From positions 15,904 to 79,903 of the IMG/VR virus record IMGVR_UViG_3300014656_000001: 64,000 bases of DNA; one strand, given 5' to 3'. This document shows, in pieces, positions 36,918 through 44,861 of this stretch. The first letter of the stretch is position 1. Each line of letters begins with the position of its first letter. A program made the translations under genes and the position numbers. This DNA is from a virus. Taxonomy: Duplodnaviria; Caudoviricetes. The notes under the pieces were generated by a model, which saw only the letters and a list, made by a program, of their open reading frames with translations, had not been told where the DNA came from and ran no database searches.

Positions 36918-37663
36918 ATAAATTACGAACATTGGAATTATTAATGGAAATTGCGGCTTGGAATGCTTATCGCAAAGAAAATCCATATTGGACTCCGAAT
37001 CTGAGCGGTGTGAATCTGAGTGATGCGAATCTGAGTGATGCAAATCTGAGTGATGCAAATCTGAGTGATGCAAATCTGAGTGATGCGAATCTGATCTATG
37101 CAAATCTGAGTGATGCAAATCTGAGTGATGCAAATCTGAGTGATGCAAATCTGATCTATGCAAAACTAAGCAATGCAAAACTAAGCAATGCGAATCTGAG
37201 CAATGCGAATCTGAGCAGTGCGAATCTGAGCAATGCGTATCTGATCTATGCAAAACTAAGCAATGCAAAACTAAGCAATGCAAATCTAAACCGTACGAAT
37301 CTGAGCAGTGCGTTTGGGTTATTATCCTCATCTGATTGGTTGAAAGAGAACTTTGATACTTACCACGGCAGAGGATATATAGTGTTCAAGGAGGTAGATT
37401 TGTATAAATCTACTCCCCCAAAATGGGAATACAAAGGCGGGAATACTCTCGCCGAAACGGTTAATCCTAACCGAACGGATGACTGCGGGTGTGGCATCAA
37501 TTTTGCCACTTTGACGTGGATTAAAAAGAAAAATGTAAGACCTGATTTAGTAATCTGGAAGTGCTTGCTCACCTGGGAGGCACTAGCTGATACTGTTGTT
37601 CCATATAATACGAATGGTAAAGCCCGGTGCCAGAGTTTGCAACTGTTGGAGCGAATCCAATGA
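36914..37663 (+). CDS. Pentapeptide-repeat protein 2 with a conserved C-terminal domain
   Basis: Tandem ANLS(D/N) repeats and C-terminal [15 protein letters not shown]...GKARC. Confidence 0.9.
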   Translation: MNKLRTLELLMEIAAWNAYRKENPYWTPNLSGVNLSDANLSDANLSDANLSDANLSDANLIYANLSDANLSDANLSDANLIYAKLSNAKLSNANLSNANLSSANLSNAYLIYAKLSNAKLSNANLNRTNLSSAFGLLSSSDWLKENFDTYHGRGYIVFKEVDLYKSTPPKWEYKGGNTLAETVNPNRTDDCGCGINFATLTWIKKKNVRPDLVIWKCLLTWEALADTVVPYNTNGKARCQSLQLLERIQ

Positions 37664-37729
37664 TTGGAATTGCAATGTGTGGTGCTGGTAAGAATATTTC
37701 ATACTGCAATGAAATGTAATTATTTTGGG

Positions 37730-37757
37730 TTGACTTCTGTAGGTACAGATGTATAAT
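37730..37757 (+). promoter_or_regulatory. Sigma70-like promoter
   Basis: TTGACT-N16-TATAAT. Confidence 0.7.
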
Positions 37758-37809
37758 ACCAGCAACAGTAGGTCATACATAAACACTTATATATAAAGGA
37801 GAAGAGCAG

Positions 37810-38529
37810 ATGGCTAAAAAGCAATCCCTAGCTGTGCAAGTTGCACGTGAGTTCAACAAAGCTCTTGGAATTAAACCTCCAATTGATATCACTGCAACAG
37901 ACGAAGAAATCAAAGAAGCGTTGAAGGTCGAAGTGGATGAAGAACTGTATGGAGACGATCCACTATCTGACAAGGTGTGGAAGTTCTTTAAGGATGAATT
38001 TGGAGTGGAACGAAAAACTCTCCCTCTAAAAGAACCTCCAAAAGAAGAAGAACCCATCCCCAGTCCAAAACCAGCATCACTCGAAGAAGAACCAAAGAAA
38101 ACACCAGCTCCAAAGAAAGCCAGTGCAAAGAAAACACCAGCTCCAAAGAAAACACCAGCTCCAAAGAAAGCCAGTCCAAAGAAAACACCAGCTCCAAAGA
38201 AAGCCAGTCCAAAGAAAACATCAGCTCCAAAGAAAGATGAAACTCCAAAAACTGCTGAGAAAAAAACACCGGCAAAGAAAGCCAGTGGAGAACAAACACA
38301 AGTCCAGTTGATGGATGAAATGTTCCGCAAGGGAACAACTATCCAAGAAGCTGCTGAAGCCTTGGATGAAAAATTTGACTTCTCTGGTCGCAACAAAAAA
38401 CCGTCGTTACGTGTGTACTCCCATATCAACGGGAGATACAAAAAACAAGAAAAAGAAGGGGCAGTTGAAATCACTGTAAAAAAAGTGAAAGACCGGGGTG
38501 TAGTTATCAAGGTTGTACCCGTAAAATAG
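37810..38529 (+). CDS. Histone H1-like Lys/Pro/Ala-repeat DNA-binding protein with a C-terminal HTH-like domain
   Basis: Tandem KKTPAPKK/ASPKK repeats, tandem at the DNA level around 38090-38235, and C-terminal GTTIQEAAEALDEKF...LRVYSHI. Confidence 0.7.
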   Translation: MAKKQSLAVQVAREFNKALGIKPPIDITATDEEIKEALKVEVDEELYGDDPLSDKVWKFFKDEFGVERKTLPLKEPPKEEEPIPSPKPASLEEEPKKTPAPKKASAKKTPAPKKTPAPKKASPKKTPAPKKASPKKTSAPKKDETPKTAEKKTPAKKASGEQTQVQLMDEMFRKGTTIQEAAEALDEKFDFSGRNKKPSLRVYSHINGRYKKQEKEGAVEITVKKVKDRGVVIKVVPVK

Positions 38530-38547
38530 CAAATCTCCCATTACTGT

Positions 38548-38596
38548 ATGAGGAGTCAGAAACACAACCCCCAACGATCTGGCTCCTCATTTTTTT
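38548..38596 (+). terminator. Rho-independent terminator
   Basis: 13-bp stem ATGAGGAGTCAGA/TCTGGCTCCTCAT followed by a T-run. Confidence 0.7.
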
Positions 38597-38609
38597 ATTT
38601 ATTATATTC

Positions 38610-38638
38610 TTGACTTAAAAGATATAAAACAGTATAAT
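38610..38638 (+). promoter_or_regulatory. Sigma70-like promoter
   Basis: TTGACT-N17-TATAAT upstream of the sigma-like gene. Confidence 0.75.
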
Positions 38639-38662
38639 AACCCTTAGAAGGGAGAAGAGCAG

Positions 38663-39163
38663 ATGCGAACAAAACACACACACCTACCTGTCAAAAACCA
38701 TTTCAACTTAATCAGACGAGTATGCTGGAGGTTTTGCAAAAAGACCCGTTTGGACTATGAAGATGCCGTCCAAGGTTCTATTTTGTTCGTGCTGGAAAGA
38801 GCACATCTTTACTCCCCTAATAAGGGAAAAGAAACAACCTTCATACACACAGTCACAAAAAACTATCTGATTAACTTAATCAGAAGAGAAGTAAGAAGAA
38901 ATCATGGGTGTCTTGTAGAAGATATGGACATACGAACCACAGGCCGTGAAGAAATAGAAAACCTATTACTTCACGAATCTCTATCAGAAGATGCTATAAT
39001 GCTTCTGAATTACATAGAGAATAAATTAGTACCTTCCAGAAGAACCCGGCTAGCTCCCGATCTTCGAAGAGAGGTTAAAAACTATGGCACTCATCAAATG
39101 GGTAAACGTAGAATGATAAAAGCATACAGAGAGTTAAGAAAATGGTATGCCGAACTTCAATAG
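38663..39163 (+). CDS. Phage sigma-factor-like protein (sigma70 region 2)
   Basis: LIRRVCWRF...LDYEDAVQ...LYSPNKGKETTFIHTVTKNYLINLIRRE resembles region 2 of alternative sigma factors. Confidence 0.7.
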   Translation: MRTKHTHLPVKNHFNLIRRVCWRFCKKTRLDYEDAVQGSILFVLERAHLYSPNKGKETTFIHTVTKNYLINLIRREVRRNHGCLVEDMDIRTTGREEIENLLLHESLSEDAIMLLNYIENKLVPSRRTRLAPDLRREVKNYGTHQMGKRRMIKAYRELRKWYAELQ

Positions 39164-39178
39164 AAAAGAGAAAATATC

Positions 39179-39286
39179 ATGATTGAATTGTTGATGCTTA
39201 TCGTCATTGGAGGTTTTGCAGAAGTAGCTGCTGTGTTGTTATATGCAGCTTACAAAACAGCGAAGGGAGAAGAGATTAAAAAATGA
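39179..39286 (+). CDS. 35-aa membrane microprotein
   Basis: MIELLMLIVIGGFAEVAAVLLYAAYKTAKGEEIKK. Its stop overlaps the helicase ATG (ATGA). Confidence 0.5.
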   Translation: MIELLMLIVIGGFAEVAAVLLYAAYKTAKGEEIKK

Positions 39287-40935
39287 AACGTCTCACAAAT
39301 CCCAAAAAAACCGTAGAACCGGCGACTGGGATGGTAGCGATGATGGGGAAGGATTTCTTCAAAGTTAGATTTCCCTACGACCCCCGCATAATTGCAAACA
39401 TCAAAACCCTCCCAAGACCTCCGGCAAAAGGCTGGAACCCGAAAGAAAAATACTGGACAGTCAGAGCACTCCCCGCCACTCTCGAAAGTCTGAGAAAATG
39501 GGGGTTTTATATCCATTCAAACGTGCTTCAGTGGGAACAAGATAGCATTCAAAACAACCATGTAGACTTAACTGAGATAGTTGTTAAACTATCATCTACA
39601 AATTTCAAGGGAATATTACGCCCATATCAAATTGAAGGTGTTGGGTTTCTTGAATCCAATAAGGGAAGCGGTTTAATTGCTGACGAAATGGGTACGGGCA
39701 AGACAATCCAGTGTATAGCGTGGTTACACTTACACAAAGATGATCCCGGCAAGATACTTATAGTCTGTCCAAGCTCTCTCAAGATCAACTGGGAGAGGGA
39801 ATTTACAAAGTGGTCTGACTTCTCTTGCCACATAATCAATGGAACAACCTCATACACCCTTCCAGAATCCCAAGTTTACATAATAAATTATGACATCATT
39901 AGCTACTGGGAAAGCACCTTTCAAAAAATAGATTGGAAATGTGTTGCGGCTGATGAAGTCCACTTCGTACAAAATCGTCAAACCAAAAGAAGCAAAAGCA
40001 CTCTGGGAATAGCAAAGAAATCAAAAGCATTCATTGCCATGTCTGGAACTCCCATAACCAATCGCCCTGTCAGTTTCTTCTCTGTACTCAACTTACTCGA
40101 CAGAGAAACCTTCTCAAACTTCTGGTGGTATGCACAGAGGTTTTGTGGAGCCAAGCACGATGGGTTTGGATGGGATTTCAAAGGTGCAAGTAATACCGAG
40201 CAGTTAAACAGCATGGTTAAAAAAATCATGATAAGAAGACTCAAGAAAGATGTATTAAAAGATTTACCTCCAAAACAAATAACAGTCATTCCAATCGAAA
40301 TGGAGAAGAAATACGAAACTGAATACAGAAAAAAAGAAACCTTGCTGTTTGGTGAAACAGACTCAAAAGCACTGGACATTGTGGAAGCTCTCAAACAAGC
40401 TGCTTTCAAAGCCAAGTGGAAAGGTATTTGCCAATGGCTGGATAACTTCTTACCAAGTGGAGAGAAGATCGTAATCTTCTGCACACACAAAGCATCCATA
40501 CAAGCCCTGGAAAAGCGTTACAACAGCATATCTGTGAAAGTAGATGGTTCTGTTACGGGAAAAGCCAGACAGAAAGCAATAGACATGTTTCAAACCAACC
40601 CAAAGGTACAAATATTCTTAGGGAATATTAAAGCGGCAGGTGTTGGATTGACGCTTACGGCATCTTCAACTGTTGTGTTCGTGGAATTGGGTTGGACTCC
40701 GGGGGAGCACTGTCAGGCTGAAGATCGTTGTCACAGGTTAGGCTCAGAATGGGCTGACAAGATTAATATTTACTACCTCATTGCCGATAACACCATCGAA
40801 ACATACATCATGCAAATCCTGGATGAAAAAAGAAAAGTACTGGGATCAATACTGGATGGAAAAGAACCTGAAGAAACAAAACTGTTGACTGTTTTGTTGG
40901 AAAGGATTAAATCCAATGCCTCGAACGTTATGTAA
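39283..40935 (+). CDS. SNF2-family (SMARCAL1/HARP-like) helicase
   Basis: LRPYQIEGV, IADEMGTGKT, DEVH, SGTPITNRP, GVGLTLT and QAEDRCHRLG motifs, with an N-terminal HARP-like segment. Confidence 0.92.
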   Translation: MKRLTNPKKTVEPATGMVAMMGKDFFKVRFPYDPRIIANIKTLPRPPAKGWNPKEKYWTVRALPATLESLRKWGFYIHSNVLQWEQDSIQNNHVDLTEIVVKLSSTNFKGILRPYQIEGVGFLESNKGSGLIADEMGTGKTIQCIAWLHLHKDDPGKILIVCPSSLKINWEREFTKWSDFSCHIINGTTSYTLPESQVYIINYDIISYWESTFQKIDWKCVAADEVHFVQNRQTKRSKSTLGIAKKSKAFIAMSGTPITNRPVSFFSVLNLLDRETFSNFWWYAQRFCGAKHDGFGWDFKGASNTEQLNSMVKKIMIRRLKKDVLKDLPPKQITVIPIEMEKKYETEYRKKETLLFGETDSKALDIVEALKQAAFKAKWKGICQWLDNFLPSGEKIVIFCTHKASIQALEKRYNSISVKVDGSVTGKARQKAIDMFQTNPKVQIFLGNIKAAGVGLTLTASSTVVFVELGWTPGEHCQAEDRCHRLGSEWADKINIYYLIADNTIETYIMQILDEKRKVLGSILDGKEPEETKLLTVLLERIKSNASNVM

Positions 40936-41185
40936 ACATGAAACACCGCCACCAAAAATAAAACGGCAGAGAACAAAATTCGAAGTGGAAGAACCAATCA
41001 AACTAAAGGGCGGGTTTATTGGGAATCCCCCATCTGATTGTCCCTATAGAAGACTGAATGAGGGCGACGGTCAATATTATGCTGACTTGACCTGCTGTGG
41101 TTTCAGTTGCAGAAAGCACAGAAATTGCAAGACTTGGAAACAATTTCAAAATTATCGTAAAAAAAATCCCCCAATCAAGAGGTAA
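40916..41185 (+). CDS. Small Cys-rich hypothetical protein
   Basis: 89 aa, CPY...CCGFSCRKHRNCKTW. Confidence 0.55.
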   Translation: MPRTLCKHETPPPKIKRQRTKFEVEEPIKLKGGFIGNPPSDCPYRRLNEGDGQYYADLTCCGFSCRKHRNCKTWKQFQNYRKKNPPIKR

Positions 41186-41199
41186 GTTGTATAATAGAG
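41179..41199 (+). promoter_or_regulatory. Phage-specific promoter motif, copy 2, upstream of the Y RNA cluster
   Basis: GAGGTAAGTTGTATAATAGAG. The TATAAT box is 6 nt upstream of the first Y RNA stem. Confidence 0.7.
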
Positions 41200-41200
41200 G

Positions 41201-41282
41201 GGAAGTGAGCCGAACGAAAATGGGTTATCTTACCAAACCACAAGAAAAATCCCCATCTTCATCATAGCAATGCTCACTTCTC
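41201..41282 (+). ncRNA. Y RNA-like gene 1 (minimal, no tRNA-like domain)
   Basis: Terminal helix GAAGTGAGC/GCTCACTTC, GCCGAACG element, second helix GAAAATGGG/CCCATCTTC, adjacent to the Ro60 gene. Confidence 0.7.
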
Positions 41283-41296
41283 TTAATGAAACAAAA

Positions 41297-41432
41297 GGAC
41301 GAGCCGAAGTAAAACGGTTATCATAGGGTCTGAGGGTTGTGGGTTCAAATCCCACCTTTTCGCTTAAAGCTGGAAAGTAGCTCAATGGCAGAGCATCAGA
41401 ATTAATCCGTTTACAACAAACATAGCTCGTCT
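41297..41432 (+). ncRNA. yrlA: YrlA-like Y RNA gene 2 with a circularly permuted tRNA domain
   Basis: Terminal helix GACGAGC/GCTCGTC and GCCGAAG element. T arm GTGGG-TTCAAAT-CCCAC, then a loop-closed acceptor stem, then TA and D arm GCTC-AATGGCA-GAGC. Anticodon-stem equivalent TCAGA/TCTGA. Confidence 0.85.
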
Positions 41433-41448
41433 CTTATAAAACAAAAAA

Positions 41449-41587
41449 GTGTGAGCCGAATTGTGATCGATTACCACTTGTAATGGCGTGATGCAGGTTC
41501 GAATCCTGTCTCTTCGATCTCTAATCGGGGAGTAGCTTAAACGGTAGAGCGCGTATAAACTCGATTGCTATCCAGTACTGCTCACAC
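41449..41587 (+). ncRNA. yrlA: YrlA-like Y RNA gene 3 with a circularly permuted tRNA domain
   Basis: Terminal helix GTGTGAGC/GCTCACAC and GCCGAA element. T arm GCAGG-TTCGAAT-CCTGT, acceptor CTCTTCGAT/ATCGGGGAG closed by CTCTA, D arm GCTT-AAACGGTA-GAGC. Confidence 0.85.
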
Positions 41588-41592
41588 AATTA

Positions 41593-41622
41593 TAAGGGAC
41601 AGGGTTGTTACTCTGTCCCTTA
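41593..41622 (+). other. Strong hairpin between the Y RNAs and the Ro60 ORF (possible processing or attenuation site)
   Basis: TAAGGGACAGGG/CTCTGTCCCTTA 12-bp stem, with no U-tract. Confidence 0.6.
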
Positions 41623-41653
41623 ATCTATTTACACCATAAAAAGGAGAAGAATC

Positions 41654-43288
41654 ATGGCACAACCACTGCACAAACAATTCAATCCAACACAAACCCCGCA
41701 AAGCAAACCCATTCCCGGCAAAGTGGGAAAACGGCAAGTCAAGAACGATGCTGGAGGTTATGTATTTCAGATCGACAAATGGGAACAACTGAAGAGGTTT
41801 CTCACACGTGGAACATCGGGTGGAACATATTACTGTGGAGAACAAAAACTCACAGTGGAAAACGCCGAATGTGTTATCGAGTGTCTGGATGAAGACACAC
41901 AGAAGACGGTGAAGATCATCGAAGAAATCAGCACTGAGGGCAGAGCACCACGCAATGACCCTGCTTTGTTTGCTCTGGCATTGGCTTCTTCCAAATCAGA
42001 ATACACAGAACTGTTCACTCTCAAAGATTCGCTACTCAAAGTAGCACGAATCCCCACACACCTGTTCATCTTCATCAAATATGCAACAGAGATGCGGCGA
42101 TGGGGGAGAGCACTCAAAACAGCAGTCGCTCACTGGTACGAATCAAAAAACTGTGAAAGTCTCATTTACAACGCACTCAAATACCGGCAACGTGAGGGCT
42201 GGACACACGGTGATGTTATTCGTTTGTCTCATCCCTCTCCCGTTCACTTGAACGAAACAACCAACGAACGAAAACCCGTCTTTGAGTATATGAGAAAGGG
42301 CGGAAGTGCGAATGTACCCCACTTCCCAGAACGCATCAAAACGTTTGAGACAATGAAGATCATGACAGAATACTCTAAACCGAATCTCAACAAGATTCTG
42401 GATGTCATCAAAAATGACAAATTCTTCACATGGGAGATGCTCCCTACATGGACACTTACACACACATCCACATGGACTGAATTGTTACCTCATCTTCCCA
42501 TGACAGCTTTGCTGAGAAATTTAGGCCGCATGACATCCATCGGTGTTTTTGATTGTGACAAAAACCTCGAACATACCGTAAAGCATCTCACAAACAAGAG
42601 CAGGTTACAAAAGTCCCGCATTCATCCAATCAACGTTCTGATTGCAATGTTAACATATCGCCAAGGACAAGGTGTAAAAGGCAGTCTCAACTGGACACCT
42701 CACAGTAATATCATAGATGCCTTGCATGACGCTTTCTACTTAAGTTTCAAAAATGTGGAACCCACAAACAAACGTCTGTTGGTTGCTGTGGATATTTCAG
42801 GAAGCATGGGATGGATAAATCTCATGAACGTTCATGGATTTACACCTCGCATGGCGGCAGCTGCTTTATGTACTGTGTTTGTACAAACAGAAAACCACAC
42901 TGACATTGTGGCTTTCAGTCACACACTAACTCCAGTACCTATCTCCAAACGGCAAAGACTGGATGATGTTGTGAAAACATTTCTAAACTATGGCATGGGT
43001 GCAACTGACTGTGCTCTCCCCATGATCTACGCCTATCAAAACAGAAAAGTGTACGATGCTTTCATTATCTACACTGACAACGAAACATGGTATGGAAGTG
43101 TGCATCCCAAACAAGCTCTGGACAGATACAGAAAAGAAGTGAACCCAGAAGCAAAACTGATTGTCCATGCCATGGAATCCACAAACAAAAGCATTGCCGA
43201 TCCCCTCGATCCAGGCATGTTGGATATCAGTGGTTTTGACTCAGCAGCTCCTCAAATCACAAATGACTTCATACGAGGTTCTTTTTGA
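41654..43288 (+). CDS. rsr: Ro60/Rsr TROVE-domain RNA-binding protein with a C-terminal vWA domain
   Basis: NDAGGYVF, RFLTRGTSGGTYY, TWEMLP, LPMTALLRNLGRMT, RIHPINVL, AVDISGSM, GATDCALPM and IIYTDNETW motifs. Confidence 0.95.
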   Translation: MAQPLHKQFNPTQTPQSKPIPGKVGKRQVKNDAGGYVFQIDKWEQLKRFLTRGTSGGTYYCGEQKLTVENAECVIECLDEDTQKTVKIIEEISTEGRAPRNDPALFALALASSKSEYTELFTLKDSLLKVARIPTHLFIFIKYATEMRRWGRALKTAVAHWYESKNCESLIYNALKYRQREGWTHGDVIRLSHPSPVHLNETTNERKPVFEYMRKGGSANVPHFPERIKTFETMKIMTEYSKPNLNKILDVIKNDKFFTWEMLPTWTLTHTSTWTELLPHLPMTALLRNLGRMTSIGVFDCDKNLEHTVKHLTNKSRLQKSRIHPINVLIAMLTYRQGQGVKGSLNWTPHSNIIDALHDAFYLSFKNVEPTNKRLLVAVDISGSMGWINLMNVHGFTPRMAAAALCTVFVQTENHTDIVAFSHTLTPVPISKRQRLDDVVKTFLNYGMGATDCALPMIYAYQNRKVYDAFIIYTDNETWYGSVHPKQALDRYRKEVNPEAKLIVHAMESTNKSIADPLDPGMLDISGFDSAAPQITNDFIRGSF

Positions 43289-44181
43289 TGGACATACGAA
43301 AGCTGTTGGACGATTACAATGTTCCCTATGTTACAGAAGGGCACAAACACTGCCAAGAAGGTTGGTTGCAAGTGGAGTGCCCTTTCTGTACGGGGAACAG
43401 GGGATACCACTTAGGTTATAACATAAGACAAGAGTGGTGGAACTGCTGGAGATGTGGATGGAAGCCCGATGTGCAGGTTATCAGCACATTAACGGGACTA
43501 TCTTACGGCCAAGCAAAAGATGCTCTAAGACAGTATGGAAAACACAGATCGCCCTCTTACAAAGAAGAAATCAAAAACAGAAAACCCCTAACAGTCCCAG
43601 GCTCCTCAATGACATACCATCATTATGCTTATCTCAAATCCAGAAAATTCAAAGTAACTGAGATAAAAAAAACTTGGAACTTGCTTGGAACAGGTATTAT
43701 TGGAGACTACAGTCACAGAATTATAGCTCCCATCTACTACAACAAACAGATTGTATCATTTCAGGGGAGAGATATTACTGGCAAGAGTGATTTGAAATAC
43801 AAAGCTTGCAAAAAAGAAAACGAGATCGTACATCACAAACACATTCTCTATGGACTGCAACATGCCACCAAGAGAACGTGCGTTGTGGTAGAGGGAATAA
43901 CAGACGTTTGGAGGCTCGGAAAGGGGGCTGTAGCGACATTTGGCATCAAATACACCCCACACCAAGTCAATTTATTATCTCTTCTCTACGACACTGTTAT
44001 CATCATGTTCGACCCAGAACCCCAAGCCCAAAAACAAGCCCATATATTAGCTTCCATGCTGGACAGTTTGGACGTGATGACAAAAATTGCAAAGATCGAT
44101 GCAAAAGATCCTGCTGAACTTGACCCTGTGGAGGCTGAGGAATTTATGATGCTGAATGGGATGGGAGTCAACCAAAAATAA
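43288..44181 (+). CDS. DNA primase (Zn-finger plus TOPRIM)
   Basis: CPFC...HLG...CWRC zinc finger, SFQGRDI, VVVEGITDVW and MFDPE. Confidence 0.88.
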   Translation: MDIRKLLDDYNVPYVTEGHKHCQEGWLQVECPFCTGNRGYHLGYNIRQEWWNCWRCGWKPDVQVISTLTGLSYGQAKDALRQYGKHRSPSYKEEIKNRKPLTVPGSSMTYHHYAYLKSRKFKVTEIKKTWNLLGTGIIGDYSHRIIAPIYYNKQIVSFQGRDITGKSDLKYKACKKENEIVHHKHILYGLQHATKRTCVVVEGITDVWRLGKGAVATFGIKYTPHQVNLLSLLYDTVIIMFDPEPQAQKQAHILASMLDSLDVMTKIAKIDAKDPAELDPVEAEEFMMLNGMGVNQK

Positions 44182-44184
44182 ATA

Positions 44185-44214
44185 TTGACGAACCTTTTAA
44201 CACGTGTGTATAAT
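44185..44214 (+). promoter_or_regulatory. Sigma70-like promoter followed by a tandem 15-bp repeat (possible operator)
   Basis: TTGACG-N18-TATAAT, then TTATTAGCAGATTGT twice at 44216-44246. Confidence 0.65.
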
Positions 44215-44506
44215 GTTATTAGCAGATTGTTTATTAGCAGATTGTTACTTTATCCAAAGAAAGAGGGTGATTATCATGCGCCGGGGATAAAACCCCCACT
44301 CCAAAAAAACTCAACCCTGTTGAAATTTAGTGTGTTTTTAGCAACAACGGTCAGCTCTGGAGAGTGCCTGACCGTTGTACTAAAGGCACATTTCAAAGCC
44401 GCACTCTCTTTTCTCTCTCTGCTGTGCCTGGTGTGTGCCATAGGGGAATACTCATCACGTTATTGGTGGGTATTCCCCACAACTAAATTTTACAGAGGTA
44501 TTAAAA

Positions 44507-44860
44507 ATGCCAAAAAACCCGCCTAATTTAGACACAATCCCCAAAGTAAAAGGTTTAACAGGTTATGAAACAAATGGAAATGGTATTACTTTTTTACCTG
44601 AAATAAATAAAGTGGTTTATTGCAAAATCATGAACCTAAAATTTGAAGATGGAAAAACCACCTCTATAAAAACCAAACCAAAACCCGTTCACAAATTAAT
44701 AATACTCGGTATTTATTTATATTATTTAGCGATGAATGCTAAAAATATAAAAACCGTCCCCATAAAAGAACAAGAAAAGAAAACGGGAGTGGATAAAAAT
44801 AAAATACAAAAAGCAAGAACAGAACTAAAAAAGATGGGGCTTATCGAGGAGGTTATATAA
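44507..44860 (+). CDS. Winged-helix DNA-binding protein
   Basis: C-terminal IKEQEKKTGVDKNKIQKARTELKKMGLIEE resembles the N-terminal wHTH of the next gene. Confidence 0.6.
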   Translation: MPKNPPNLDTIPKVKGLTGYETNGNGITFLPEINKVVYCKIMNLKFEDGKTTSIKTKPKPVHKLIILGIYLYYLAMNAKNIKTVPIKEQEKKTGVDKNKIQKARTELKKMGLIEEVI

Positions 44861-44861
44861 A

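Noticed and set aside
34863-37331. Alternate-frame and antisense repetitive ORFs (34863+, 34868-, 36912-)
   Set aside because: These are shadows of the 15-bp pentapeptide repeats, with no RBS.
37773-38510. Antisense hydrophobic repeat ORFs (37773-, 37988-) and the 38123+ frame
   Set aside because: These are shadows of the PAPKK-repeat gene.
41297-41587. Canonical tRNA genes (clear T-loop and D-loop motifs)
   Set aside because: The T arm precedes the D arm, and the acceptor stem is closed by a loop with no CCA end. This is the permuted YrlA architecture, not a tRNA.
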